In this document: positions 23,910-34,033 of the stretch, piece by piece
Layout of the letters: each line of letters opens with the position of its first letter
Numbering within the stretch: the stretch's first letter is position 1
Made by a program: the position numbers and the translations under genes
Notes under the pieces: model-generated
What the model was told of the DNA's origin: nothing
What the model saw: the letters and a program-made list of their open reading frames with translations, nothing else
Databases searched by the model: none
Origin: an uncultured Gemmatimonadales bacterium
GTDB lineage: Bacteria > Gemmatimonadota > Gemmatimonadetes > Gemmatimonadales > GWC2-71-9
Assembly (NCBI GenBank): GCA_963798915.1
Contig: CAWCVB010000007.1
Span: 32,001 to 96,000 of the forward strand
Direction of reading: 5' to 3'
DNA: 64,000 nt

Positions 23910-24593
23910 CTACGGATTGGAGAGTAGCTTCACCGCATGCTCGGCAATCGTCGCCATCTGTCGCTCGCGTTCGCGGGCCCAGCCCGGTAACCGAAGCAGG
24001 TTGGCTCCGAAGGCGGCGAGCGCCATGCCGCCGAACATGCCGAGGACCGTCAACGCCTTGCCCGGCTTGCCATCGGCAGCGACCACCGCCGCCATGAGCA
24101 GTGCCAGCCCGCCCATCATGAGCCCCACCACATTGATGGCAGCAGCGTCTCCCTTGAGCGTGCTGAGACGGAGTTGTTCGCCATGCCCGGTCGGCTCGAC
24201 ACAGATGTGCAGGTTGCCGTTGGACCATTCGCGGAGCCCGCCGGAGCTCATGGCGTGGCCTCGTACGCCGAACGTCGTCCTGAATGCAGCAATCAGTTGT
24301 TCCCACTCTCGATCCGTTGGCGCGCGCGGCAGATCCACCACCCGCGACACCCCGACCGGCAGCCCGAAGGAACGCCGGATCGGCGGCTGCCTCCCGCGGG
24401 CGTCGAGACTCGCCGCCGCTGCTGCGACTCGCGCCGGCTCGATGCCCGCCTCCTGGCCGATCTGCTGGAGCTCACCGAGCGTGAGACCGCCCGGTTCGGC
24501 GGGCAGCGACTGGTCGCGTGGATCGCCTGTCGTCGCGAGACTGAAGATTTCGCGGACCTCATCGTCTCCGTATTTCCGTATCGGCATGGTCAT
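23910..24593 (-). CDS. Hypothetical membrane protein
   Basis: YGDDEVREIF..GLTLGELQQIGQEAGI, two C-terminal TMs. Confidence 0.72.
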   Translation of the reverse strand: MTMPIRKYGDDEVREIFSLATTGDPRDQSLPAEPGGLTLGELQQIGQEAGIEPARVAAAAASLDARGRQPPIRRSFGLPVGVSRVVDLPRAPTDREWEQLIAAFRTTFGVRGHAMSSGGLREWSNGNLHICVEPTGHGEQLRLSTLKGDAAAINVVGLMMGGLALLMAAVVAADGKPGKALTVLGMFGGMALAAFGANLLRLPGWARERERQMATIAEHAVKLLSNP

Positions 24594-24619
24594 CGATTGT
24601 ACAGTGGGCGCCCGGCTTG

Positions 24620-25072
24620 CGCTACCGCTCCGGGGCCCCGGGCCGCGCGCACGAGATGGTCCATCGGAACCCATCCGGATCGCGCACGCGGAAGATGCGG
24701 ACCCCACGGCGTGTCGGTAGGCTCGGTATCCAGGGTGCCAGCATGGGCGCGGGCCCGTACCGCGAGCAGGTCCGCGTCCTGGGTGGTACTGAGCTGGAGC
24801 GAGAAGCCGACGCCCTTCGTGCGGTCAGCGCCCTGCGCGCCGTCGTCCTGTGTCAACAGCACGCGGACGGCGCCGGCCTTGAGCGAAACTGCGACCAGGC
24901 GACCGTTGCGCTCGTGCCGGCGCTCGAGCGTGAAGCCCAGAGCATCCTGGTACCAGGACACGCTCTGGTCCAGATCGCGAACAGTGAGTGAGGCCGCGAG
25001 TTCGTGTGCGTCGAGCGGCTGACCGGCATCGGGTAGATCAGGAGAGATGGACACAGCGGACCTTGATTCCAT
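24620..25072 (-). pseudogene. VOC/glyoxalase, frameshifted
   Basis: LTVRDLDQSVSWYQDALGF...PWG, then RIFRVRDPDGFRWTIS continues in another frame near 24700. Confidence 0.7.
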
Positions 25073-25097
25073 GTGCATGCGGTTCGGCGCCACGGCA

Positions 25098-25134
25098 CCG
25101 CAAGGCAGCCGCAAGGCCGCCGCAAGGCCGCCGC
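25098..25134. repeat. 11-bp tandem repeat CCGCAAGGC(A/C)G x3
   Basis: Units at 25098, 25109, 25120 plus a partial unit; intergenic, upstream of the VOC gene. Confidence 0.8.
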
Positions 25135-25164
25135 GTCACCGCGGAGTAATCAACCTAACGGAGC

Positions 25165-25914
25165 TCACATCCGGTTGTCGTCAGACTGTGTGTACCCGTG
25201 AGCAAGCTGCACCGCGGCGACGACCAGCTCGGTATTGTCATGTGCGTCACTGCCGTCGGGCAGCACCGCGACGTCTTCGAGCCCTGTCCGGATGCCGTGA
25301 CCTCGTTCAAGTGCGCGCCGGTTCACGGCCCAGCAGGCCAGATCATAGCCATGATGCACCTGCTCCAGCTCGATTCCGGCGGACAGCACGATCGCTTCCA
25401 TCTCTGCCGCATGCCGCAACGCCACGGCCGGATCAAGGTCGAGCGGCTCGATCAACACCCGGCGACAGCGGTTCGCGAGGCCAGAGCGTACGAACGCGCG
25501 CGCATCCTTGCTGCTCAACAATCCAGCCTCGATGCCGACGCCCCTGGCCAGCAGCACCTCACACAGGTGGACTATGCCTGGTTCGCCCTGATTGGCCGAC
25601 ACCAGGTCCGGGAGCTCTTCCCAGGCCTCGATAATAGCCAGACGCTCCCGCGGATCGCTGACGATCGCCGCCGATGTGGTCATGGACACGGAAATGCCGG
25701 GGCAGGTGGCTCGGACGGCACGCAGTACGCGTGCACACGCGGCGCTCTCGAGGGTCTCGCAACCCATCTGGTCGAAGGCGTGGACATGGACTGAATGCGC
25801 ACCGGACGCGATGGCGGCGCGTGCCGCGTCGGCGATGTGGGACGGACGACGTGGGGCGGCTGGATGAATCCTGTCGCCGTTCAGCGCAGCCTGCAGGAAG
25901 ACGGTACTCGACAT
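25165..25914 (-). CDS. 3-keto-5-aminohexanoate cleavage (BKACE/DUF849) family
   Basis: LQAALNG, GAHSVHVH, IRTGLED. Confidence 0.87.
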   Translation of the reverse strand: MSSTVFLQAALNGDRIHPAAPRRPSHIADAARAAIASGAHSVHVHAFDQMGCETLESAACARVLRAVRATCPGISVSMTTSAAIVSDPRERLAIIEAWEELPDLVSANQGEPGIVHLCEVLLARGVGIEAGLLSSKDARAFVRSGLANRCRRVLIEPLDLDPAVALRHAAEMEAIVLSAGIELEQVHHGYDLACWAVNRRALERGHGIRTGLEDVAVLPDGSDAHDNTELVVAAVQLAHGYTQSDDNRM

Positions 25915-25956
25915 CTCTTTTCGTGTGTTGCGCGACCTCGATTACGACCGAGCCTG

Positions 25957-26460
25957 CTACGGGGTGAGCGCCGAGGTGTCGCGCAGCTGCCGCTGGTACT
26001 CCGCCTCGTCATAGTGGCCCAGCGACCGCGCGATCAGGCCAACCGGCGCGAATGTCCATTCCTCGCGGCCCGTGATGCGGACAGCCTTGCCCGTGCCGCC
26101 GGGCCCCGTGTTGGTGCCGGTCCACGTCCAGTGGAAGATGGCGGTGTTGCCATCTGCGATCACGGAGTCCATGCGGACGACCATGTCGGGAAACGCCGCC
26201 ATGAAGGCCTGCGCCGTTTCACGAACGGCCGCACGCCCCTTGGCCGGCGCGCCGTCATTCACCTGCAACGATCCCGTATCCGTATAGAACGAGGCCAGGC
26301 TGTCGGGGCTCTGGCTGCTCCAGGCCGCGGCGTAGCGCGTGGCAAAATCGGTGAGCTCGGCGTGCGTCATGGGCGTCGTACCACCTGTGCAGGCAAGCAT
26401 GAGGACACTCGCGGCCAGCCACCACCGTGGCGCCGTTGCGAGCGGCATGAGACGCATCAC
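25957..26460 (-). CDS. SnoaL/NTF2-like lipoprotein
   Basis: Lipobox MLAC, YAAAWSSQ, FHWTWTGTNTGPGGTG. Confidence 0.82.
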   Translation of the reverse strand: MMRLMPLATAPRWWLAASVLMLACTGGTTPMTHAELTDFATRYAAAWSSQSPDSLASFYTDTGSLQVNDGAPAKGRAAVRETAQAFMAAFPDMVVRMDSVIADGNTAIFHWTWTGTNTGPGGTGKAVRITGREEWTFAPVGLIARSLGHYDEAEYQRQLRDTSALTP

Positions 26461-27512
26461 GGCACCAGCGCCAGTCCATTGGGGCCGTCGACCGACCCCA
26501 GGCTGGTGACCGCCCAGTTGCCGAGATCGATGACACTCACGTGATCGTCCTCGGCGTTGGCCACGTAGGCCAGCGCGCCACTCGAGTCCACCAGCACCCT
26601 GATGGGCGACTTCCCGGTGCGGAGCCGCCGCACGGGACGGCCCGTTTCGAGATCCACGACCACGACCGCCGAGTCGCGGGGTGCCGGCGCAAGAATGAAG
26701 CGGCCGTCGGGGGTCACGCCGGAGTAGAGAATCTGGCCGACGCCCAGGTCACCGATCCGTCGCGCAATGCGGAGCTCGGCACTGTCGATGATGAGGAGTT
26801 CATTGCGCCCGGATGCGAGCAGGTGCGTGCCATCCGGCATCCAGCTGAGGCCCCGGATGGGTGTGGCAGTGGGGATCTGGCCGGTGATGTGCCCGCTGTC
26901 CGGGTCCACCCGGTACACGCCCGAATCCGCGGCCATGAGCCAGAGGGTACTGCCGTCGCGGGAGAAGACGAAGTTGTGGGTTCCTGCGGGAACCGGAAAG
27001 CCACGGATACGCTGCCGGCTGGCGACATCGAAGACGAGCATCGAATCGCCCACTTCCGCGTTGACGAACAGCTCATGCCCGTCCGGCGGCCGGAGCTTCA
27101 ATCCATGCGGTGCCTGGCTCGCCCCGGAGCTGGCGGCGTGCAGTGAGTCGCCTGCCAGCCACAGGTGGTCCCGGACCGCGCCGGTCTCGATGTCGATGAT
27201 CGCGACGGATGTGCCGGGCGTACCGAGCCTGGTGTCGTAGTCTCGCAGGCCGAAATTGGAGACATAGGCCGTCCGGCCGTCCGCCGTGACGGCCACTTCA
27301 TGCGGCAATGTGTCGACGGGGATCCGGTGCCGCGCCGCGCCGGTGCGGGCATCGAGCAGGCTTACCTGGCCGGCATTCTCTTCCACGACCACGAGCACCG
27401 GGTCGCGGTGACTGGCGACCGGCGCCCGGGACGGCGAGCAGCCACCGACCGTGAGAGCGGCTGCCGCGACGAGCGCGAGGCGCAGCGCGGGTCCCGGCCC
27501 TGGCAGCGCTAT
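26457..27512 (-). CDS. YVTN/YncE-type beta-propeller lipoprotein; start codon uncertain
   Basis: PHEVAVTADGRTAYVSN and AYVANAEDDHVSVID repeats; in-frame lipobox VGGC upstream of GTG 27398. Confidence 0.78.
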   Translation of the reverse strand: MALPGPGPALRLALVAAAALTVGGCSPSRAPVASHRDPVLVVVEENAGQVSLLDARTGAARHRIPVDTLPHEVAVTADGRTAYVSNFGLRDYDTRLGTPGTSVAIIDIETGAVRDHLWLAGDSLHAASSGASQAPHGLKLRPPDGHELFVNAEVGDSMLVFDVASRQRIRGFPVPAGTHNFVFSRDGSTLWLMAADSGVYRVDPDSGHITGQIPTATPIRGLSWMPDGTHLLASGRNELLIIDSAELRIARRIGDLGVGQILYSGVTPDGRFILAPAPRDSAVVVVDLETGRPVRRLRTGKSPIRVLVDSSGALAYVANAEDDHVSVIDLGNWAVTSLGSVDGPNGLALVP

Positions 27513-30500
27513 CGCCGGCCTCGGTCCGGCACCAGTTCCGCCATGGCTTGCTTCGCCTCGGTCACCCGCGGCTGCAGCTCGGGGTCGGCATTCTTCCAGA
27601 GATCCACGAACCGGCCATAGTACTCCATGGCATGCGCCGTGTCGCCGGCGTTCTGGTACAGCTGGCCAAGGCGAAGCAGGGTCGGCGCCAGGTGGAGCGG
27701 ATCCGCCTCATCCCGGCCGGTCCCCGCCATCTCGACGTACTGCGTGAAATACTTTTGCGCCGAGTCGGGCCGGCCGCCGTGGTCGAATGCCTGGCCAAGG
27801 AGCAAGGGCGTCCATGCCGTACCGTTGAGGGTTGGCAATCCATCCGCATCGGAGTCGCTGCGGCGGTATTGTGCGATGGCGCTATCGATCTTCCCTTCCG
27901 CCAGTGCGATCGCGCCCCGATCGCGCGTCAGAAAGACCCACTGCTGGCGCCGGTCCAGCGAATCCAGCCGCGATTCATACTGGTGCAGCACCTCGCGCGC
28001 CCTGGCCGGGGCGCCAAGACTGGCGTAGGCCCGCGCCAGCCACAGGCTCTGGTCACGCTCGAGCGGCGCGGACGCCGCCGGATGTGCCAGGCGGGTGGAG
28101 TCAAGCGCGGCCAGTCCGCCTGCGGTATTTCCCCGCAGCAGCCCATCCACCATCGCGTGAAAATACGCCACCTGATACGGACTCGCGGGGTCACCGCGGA
28201 CCCGGGCCTTGCCGTCGAGCACCTGGGGATAGAGCCGCTCAGCCTCCCGCAGCCGACCGCGCAGCACCAGCAGGTTGAGTAATTCCTCCTGGGCGCCGAC
28301 CCTGGCGTCCGGGGATCCGCTGTCGATGCCCGCGCGGGCGTGTCGCTCGGCTGCGTCGTATGCGCGGCGAGTCCACAGGTTCATGAACTCCATCGGCCCC
28401 CTCGGGAAGGGCACGCTGTCCCGCTCCATCGTCGCGATCACGGAGTCGGAGGATGTGTACCGCCCCATCCACGTGTACAGATTGGCGAGATTCGCGCGCA
28501 CCGTTCCGTTCCTCGGGTCGTTGTCGAGCGCTCGCCGGTACATTCGCTCGGCGCCGTCGTAGTCCCGAATGGTGGCAAGCGCGAAGGCCAGCGTATTGGC
28601 CGCGTCCACGTTGGTGGAATCAAGTTCCACCGCGCGCCGGAGCGACGGCAGCGCCTTCTTCCGGTCGTTGGTCACCAGCCAGTAGTAGGCTCCTTCCACG
28701 TTGGCACGTTCGCGCTCCGGCAGCCGGTTGCGCAGCCGGAAGCCCTCGGTGAGCGCGGCGCGCGAGCCGGCCTGTCCGGCGGCCCCACCCTGGCTTGAGA
28801 GGGAATAGGAAAGCTGCACCCACGCCATGGCGAAGGTGCTGTCCTGCCGGATGGCGTTGCGGAAATGCTGGATCGCGGCGGGGTAGTCACCTTCGACGTC
28901 ATTCGAGTGGAGCCCGGCAGCGTAGCTCCGCAATGCACCGAGCGAAGCCGTCGTCACCTGGTCGAGGCGCGGCGCATCGTGCACCGCCTTGAGTGACTCA
29001 CCGATCTTCCGACGGAGGGACTTGGTCAGCCGGTCCACGACGGGAATCAGGTCGCCGGCGTCCTTCGCCGACTCGGTGTACGATGCCAGGTCATTGCCAG
29101 ACGACGCCTCCACCAGCTTGGCCGTCACCAGGTAGCCGTTGCCGGCCGGCACGATGCTTCCCGCCACCACCGCCTTGGCCCCCGACCGCTGGGCGATCTC
29201 GCGCGCCGTGGCGTAGTCCACCCGCGCCGTGTCGGGGCGCTGCATCTGTTCCAGTGTCGCCACCAGCGTGCTCGTCGGCAGCACGTGGACGGCGCTGCTC
29301 TGTGCGAGGTTGGTCTTGACCGCCTCCGCGATGGTGCTGCCGAGGGAGGAATCGGCGCCTGGCGAATCGAACGCCGCCACTACCACCCGATCGCTGGCGG
29401 CAAACTTGCCCGACGAGAGCAGCGACGCCGCCGGCCCGATGCCGAGCGCCCGCGTCACCATGTAGCCCGCGATGAGAAGGACGAACGCGCCCACCGCAAT
29501 GATTCCGCCACGAGCGGTGCGTTTCCACGAAATATGGGGCATCGCCTTGATGGCGAGCGTGGCCATCGTGCCCTGACCGGCAGAGAGCGAGCGGCTGCCA
29601 CCAGGCGTGAAGGTGGGTGTCGCTGCGGCGGCCCGGCGGGCGATGTACTGGGTGTACGCGGTGAAGAGCACCACCGGAAGGCCCAGCGCCATCACCACCA
29701 GCGCGCCGGGGAAGACCCAGTCGGGAAGGCCAATCGCGATGATGGCGGCCCGCGCCAGTATGGCCACGGCGACGAATGCACCGGCGTAGATCGCCATTGC
29801 GCGCCACACCATGTTGCGCCCACCCATGAGGATCGCCGGCATCGCGGCGCCCGCTCCCGACGTCGAGGAGACCGCGTCGAGCTGGCTGAGCAGCTCGGTG
29901 GCGCCGGCCGGCCGAGCGTCCGGCTCCTTGGCAAGGCACCGCATTACCAGCGCGGCAAGGGCCGGCGGGCAGCCGGAACGCAGCTCGCCCACCGGCGCCG
30001 GCGTCTCGCTCATGTGGGCGATGAGCAACTTGTGCGGCGACGGGCCAAGGAAGGGCGGCCGGTTGGCGATCAGCTCGTACGCCATGCAGCCAAAGGCGTA
30101 GATGTCAGCCCGGTGATCGGTTGCGGGATCACCGGCGGCTTGCTCCGGGGCCATGTACATCGGGGTGCCCACGGCGGTGCCCAGCTGGGTGATGGTGGCG
30201 CCGACCGGGCCTTCGGCGGCGGCCGCGATCGCCTTGGCGATTCCGAAATCGGTGACGACCGCAGTGTGGCCCGAGAGGAGCACGTTGTCGGGCTTGATGT
30301 CGCGGTGCACCACTCCGCGCTCATGGGCGTAGGCCAGCGCACGGGAGACATCGCGCAGGATACTCACGACGTCCGCAATGGCCAGCGGTCCGCGCCCCAG
30401 ACGGGCGCGGAGGCTTTCGCCCTCCACGAACGGCATGGTGTAATAAGGAAGGCCGTCCACGTCACCCGCGGAGAGCACCGGGACGATGTTGGCCTGCTGG

Positions 30501-30709
30501 AGCGAGGCGGCGACCTGGATCTCGCGCTCGAACCGGGTGGCGGAGAGCGCCGCCGCGAGATCAGGAGAGAGAAGCTTGACCACGACCTTCCTGCCGAGCC
30601 GGTTCTCCTGGGCGACGAACACGCGGGACATGCCGCCACCGCCCAGCTCGCGTTCCAGCGTATAGCTGGACGCAAGTGCCTCCTGCACCCGGTTCTGAAG
30701 GTCACCCAT
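27509..30709 (-). CDS. Membrane Ser/Thr kinase with TPR domain
   Basis: GGGGMSRVF, HRDIKPDN, DFG, several TMs, TPRs, C-terminal WKNADPELQP. Confidence 0.93.
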   Translation of the reverse strand: MGDLQNRVQEALASSYTLERELGGGGMSRVFVAQENRLGRKVVVKLLSPDLAAALSATRFEREIQVAASLQQANIVPVLSAGDVDGLPYYTMPFVEGESLRARLGRGPLAIADVVSILRDVSRALAYAHERGVVHRDIKPDNVLLSGHTAVVTDFGIAKAIAAAAEGPVGATITQLGTAVGTPMYMAPEQAAGDPATDHRADIYAFGCMAYELIANRPPFLGPSPHKLLIAHMSETPAPVGELRSGCPPALAALVMRCLAKEPDARPAGATELLSQLDAVSSTSGAGAAMPAILMGGRNMVWRAMAIYAGAFVAVAILARAAIIAIGLPDWVFPGALVVMALGLPVVLFTAYTQYIARRAAAATPTFTPGGSRSLSAGQGTMATLAIKAMPHISWKRTARGGIIAVGAFVLLIAGYMVTRALGIGPAASLLSSGKFAASDRVVVAAFDSPGADSSLGSTIAEAVKTNLAQSSAVHVLPTSTLVATLEQMQRPDTARVDYATAREIAQRSGAKAVVAGSIVPAGNGYLVTAKLVEASSGNDLASYTESAKDAGDLIPVVDRLTKSLRRKIGESLKAVHDAPRLDQVTTASLGALRSYAAGLHSNDVEGDYPAAIQHFRNAIRQDSTFAMAWVQLSYSLSSQGGAAGQAGSRAALTEGFRLRNRLPERERANVEGAYYWLVTNDRKKALPSLRRAVELDSTNVDAANTLAFALATIRDYDGAERMYRRALDNDPRNGTVRANLANLYTWMGRYTSSDSVIATMERDSVPFPRGPMEFMNLWTRRAYDAAERHARAGIDSGSPDARVGAQEELLNLLVLRGRLREAERLYPQVLDGKARVRGDPASPYQVAYFHAMVDGLLRGNTAGGLAALDSTRLAHPAASAPLERDQSLWLARAYASLGAPARAREVLHQYESRLDSLDRRQQWVFLTRDRGAIALAEGKIDSAIAQYRRSDSDADGLPTLNGTAWTPLLLGQAFDHGGRPDSAQKYFTQYVEMAGTGRDEADPLHLAPTLLRLGQLYQNAGDTAHAMEYYGRFVDLWKNADPELQPRVTEAKQAMAELVPDRGRR

Positions 30710-30940
30710 GGTGAAGCTGCTTTTTGGGAGGGTTCAGGGAGCAATATAGGGTCCAGGCGGGTATGCGGCACCCTGATGGGTCGGGCCGACTGAGGTGCCG
30801 ACCGCCGCTTTGACCACGGCCAGGTGAGCCTCCCAGCGGCGTGCCGCCTGAAGAGTGGTCCTTTCGATCATCGTGAGCACGTGCAGTCGTCGGGATGGTC
30901 CAACCGTCAGCTCAGTCCGCTTGTCAATGCGCGCGCGGCT

Positions 30941-31237
30941 TCACAGCAGCGGGAAGAGCAGCATCAATCCCACAAAGGCAATGCTGAGCCAGAACAGGGG
31001 CCGAGCCCAGCCTACCACGGCGGCCTCGTCTCCACGAGCGCGCGCCCGGCGCACCCACGCCATGGAGCCTGCCAGCGCGACGCTCGGCAGGGCGCTGCCG
31101 GCGAGCCCGATCCCGTAGCCCAGCTTGAGGGCACCAGTCGTGTAGAGGTGATCGGCCCAGAACCAACTCGCGCCACAGAGGATGATGGCCAGGACGAGGG
31201 CCGCAACGGTCGCGAGGTGATAGCGTGCTCGGGTCAT
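30941..31237 (-). CDS. Small 3-TM membrane protein
   Basis: Hydrophobic ORF; its 5' part is duplicated at 33841-33896. Confidence 0.6.
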   Translation of the reverse strand: MTRARYHLATVAALVLAIILCGASWFWADHLYTTGALKLGYGIGLAGSALPSVALAGSMAWVRRARARGDEAAVVGWARPLFWLSIAFVGLMLLFPLL

Positions 31238-31473
31238 TGGCCTGTTCCGGGCTGAGGAAGGTGCTGCGCACCTGCCGGCGACACGAGGAGCCGGCGCGGC
31301 CTGCCACCGTAGCGACGTTGCGGGTCATGCCGAACAGCACCGCCGATGCCAGGCAGAAGATTCCCAGGAACTGGGCGAATGCCGTGGTGACCGGGTTGGC
31401 CAATGCAGCGAATCCATAGATGCCGGCGAGGGTAGAGCACTGCCGCCACGGTCAGGAACACCCTTGCGTTCAC
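31234..31473 (-). pseudogene. Membrane protein, frameshifted copy 1
   Basis: Lacks 38 bp present in the paralog (33953-33990). Confidence 0.6.
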
Positions 31474-31731
31474 GCCATTCTCCGGCAACAGGATGATTGC
31501 CCCAAATGCGGCCTGCCAGTTTGCCCTGTCGGTGAAGTCCTGCCTTGCGTGGGTGCCGTTCGGGTCCGTGACGCGCGTGCCATGAACCGTCATGAAGCGC
31601 ATGGTGATGTCGTCGGATTGGCGACGGTACCCAACTGGGTGATGCGGGTGTGATGTCATCTGCGGTGGATCACATACATTGGCGCGGTGGACCAGACCAC
31701 AGGCTCTGGCCGTGAGCCGCCCGACACACGA

Positions 31732-32355
31732 TCACCCGTCGGCACCCACCGGCGTCGCGACCTCGCGCACGCCGTCCCCGGGCGGTCCGTAACGCCGGGT
31801 GACGAGGCCGTTCGCGGCCACGGGGAACGCCGCGAGCACGGGCGCGATCGCCGCGTAGAGCGCGTCCGCGTCGGGGCCGTACATGTAGAGCACGGCCTTG
31901 CCGCCGCCGACTTCGTTTCCATCGAACGCCCCGGAGCCGCTGGCTAAGATCGCGGCCGAGAGCGCGTCCTCGAGGGTGAAGAGGGGCGCGAGGTCGGACC
32001 CCTCGAACGGAAACGTAACCAACACGCAGTGCTCGCCGTCGGTGACTCCGTCGTCGATCGGCTCGCAACACTCCTCGCGAAACGCAAGCCGACGACCGGG
32101 CTGAAAGAGGGGCGCGGCATGGTGCCGCCACCACGTCGCCGCGGCGGGCGCGCGCTCGGCGAGCAACGACACGGCGGTCTCGGTATCGACAACGTAGCCT
32201 CGGAAGGCGTCCTTCCTGGCGGAGGCGATGCCGGAACTCTGACCCACGACCAGCCCCCGCTTGCCTGGCGGCAGCGGGATCTCCAGACCGACCCACTCCC
32301 GGCGAATCTCCTCCGGCGCCTCTCCGGCCGGTACGGCGATGATCTTGATCTTCAT
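31732..32355 (-). CDS. Two-domain hypothetical protein
   Basis: PAGEAPEEIRREWVG domain plus GAFDGNEVG..LYMYGPDADAL domain. Confidence 0.7.
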   Translation of the reverse strand: MKIKIIAVPAGEAPEEIRREWVGLEIPLPPGKRGLVVGQSSGIASARKDAFRGYVVDTETAVSLLAERAPAAATWWRHHAAPLFQPGRRLAFREECCEPIDDGVTDGEHCVLVTFPFEGSDLAPLFTLEDALSAAILASGSGAFDGNEVGGGKAVLYMYGPDADALYAAIAPVLAAFPVAANGLVTRRYGPPGDGVREVATPVGADG

Positions 32356-32374
32356 CGGATGACCTTGAAATCCA

Positions 32375-32824
32375 TCACTCCAGCTCTCGCAATTGCAGTG
32401 CGTCGAATTCCAGGATGCGCGGAGGGTCCTCCGTGAAGTCGGAGTACCGCATCCACGTCGGTCGGGCCCTGAAATACGTGAGGCCGGGCCAGTGCTGGCG
32501 CTCCCGACCGCCTGGAAACACCGCAAGGTAAAGATCGACAAGGCGGCGGCGGTCGGCGCCAACCGGCTCATCCACGACACCTTCATATTGGACCGTGCGC
32601 TCATCGGGAGTGTTCAGGCCTCCGATGACGAAGGCGATGTGCGGGCGATGCCGAAGGTTTTGCGCCTTCCGCGAACTGGCTAGCGTATCAAAGATGATCT
32701 CGAAGGCGTCCGTGATGGCGATGCCAATCACGGCGCTCTGCGGCCCTCCCGACGCGTGCGTGGAACTCTGCACCGCGTAGGGGTGGCTGCGCAGGAAGCC
32801 CAACAGGGCAGCTCGAGTGATCAT
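32375..32824 (-). CDS. Pyridoxamine 5'-phosphate oxidase-like FMN-binding protein
   Basis: PQSAVIG, FDTLASSRKAQNL, TVQYEG. Confidence 0.83.
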   Translation of the reverse strand: MITRAALLGFLRSHPYAVQSSTHASGGPQSAVIGIAITDAFEIIFDTLASSRKAQNLRHRPHIAFVIGGLNTPDERTVQYEGVVDEPVGADRRRLVDLYLAVFPGGRERQHWPGLTYFRARPTWMRYSDFTEDPPRILEFDALQLRELE

Positions 32825-32976
32825 GACCTCAATGTGTGGCGCTGGAAACCAACCAGCGCTTCAGCGGCAAGGCATCTGGCGGAGCGGCGCATCCTGGAAT
32901 CGAAGATGCCGCGCGCCCAGCTGACACGCTGTCGCTCGCCCAGCAGCAAGAGCGCGCCAGGTGGCAGCAATGCGAG

Positions 32977-33666
32977 CTACCCCACGGCGCCAAAAAGGCG
33001 CCCGATCATGGCGGTCACGCCCATCGCGACGGCACCCCAGAAGGTGACGCGGACGGCCGCGCGCAATGGAGCGGCTCCCCCCAGGCGCGCCGCCACCGTC
33101 CCGAGGAGGCCCAGCAGAAGCAGCGACGCGCCAATGGTCACCGGCACCACCACGCTGATCGGGAGCACCAGGACGACCAGCAACGGCAGGACCGCACCGC
33201 CTGCGAACGAGGCGGCCGACGCCAGCGCCGCTTGCAGCGGTCGAGCAGCGCTCAGCTCGGACAGGCCCAATTCATCGCGAGCATGCGCCCCCAAGGCATC
33301 GTGGGACATCAGTTGCGTGGCGACCTCGGACGCCAGCGCGGGTTCCACGCCCCGCCCCACATAGATAGCGGTGAGCTCCGCGTGCTCCGCCTCGGGTCGC
33401 GTGGCGAGTTCCCCGCGCTCGCGCGCCAGGTCGGCGTGCTCGGTGTCGGCTTGGGAGCTGACGGAGACATACTCGCCCGCAGCCATCGAAAGGGCGCCCG
33501 CGACCAGCCCGGCAAGCGCGGTGAGGAGAACCGGACCACGCGCTGCCTCGGCCGCCGCGACGCCGACCACGAGACTGCTGGTGGAGATGAGGCCATCATT
33601 GGCGCCGAGGACGGCGGCGCGGAGCCAGCCGATGTGGGCGGTGCGATGGCGCTCGACGTGGACCAT
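32977..33666 (-). CDS. VIT1/CCC1 family transporter
   Basis: LRAAVLGANDG, SMAAGEYVSV, HARDELG. Confidence 0.93.
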   Translation of the reverse strand: MVHVERHRTAHIGWLRAAVLGANDGLISTSSLVVGVAAAEAARGPVLLTALAGLVAGALSMAAGEYVSVSSQADTEHADLARERGELATRPEAEHAELTAIYVGRGVEPALASEVATQLMSHDALGAHARDELGLSELSAARPLQAALASAASFAGGAVLPLLVVLVLPISVVVPVTIGASLLLLGLLGTVAARLGGAAPLRAAVRVTFWGAVAMGVTAMIGRLFGAVG

Positions 33667-33769
33667 GCCGAAGGGTACGTCGGCGGGAGAACGGCCGCCA
33701 CTTGACGCCGGCTTCTGCGGCGACCAGGCCGACGGACATCACGCACTGCGCCGATGACCTGTCCGCGCA

Positions 33770-34033
33770 TCAGCAGCCGGTATTGTGAGGCCGACGGCGG
33801 GAGCAGCGTTCGTCGCATTGCCCCATCGATGGAACCCAGGACCAACTTGCGCCACAGAGGACAACGGCCAGGATGAGGGCCGCAACGGTCGCGAGGAACG
33901 CAAGGGCGCCAGCCGAGTTGACCAGTGGAGCGGATCCGTAGATGCCGGCGAGCGTCTGCGGAAAGAAGAAGTACCAGATCCCGTAGAGCAGGTAGAGCAC
34001 CGCCGCCACGGCCAGGAACACCCTTGCGTTCAT
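33770..34033 (-). pseudogene. Chimeric copy 2 of the 31.2-kb membrane gene pair
   Basis: MNARVFL 5' end fused to LATVAALILAVVLCGASW of the second gene. Confidence 0.6.

Noticed and set aside
25152..25158. GTTAGGT as an attC R' box
   Set aside because: No R'' or paired arms upstream; it directly follows a stop codon.
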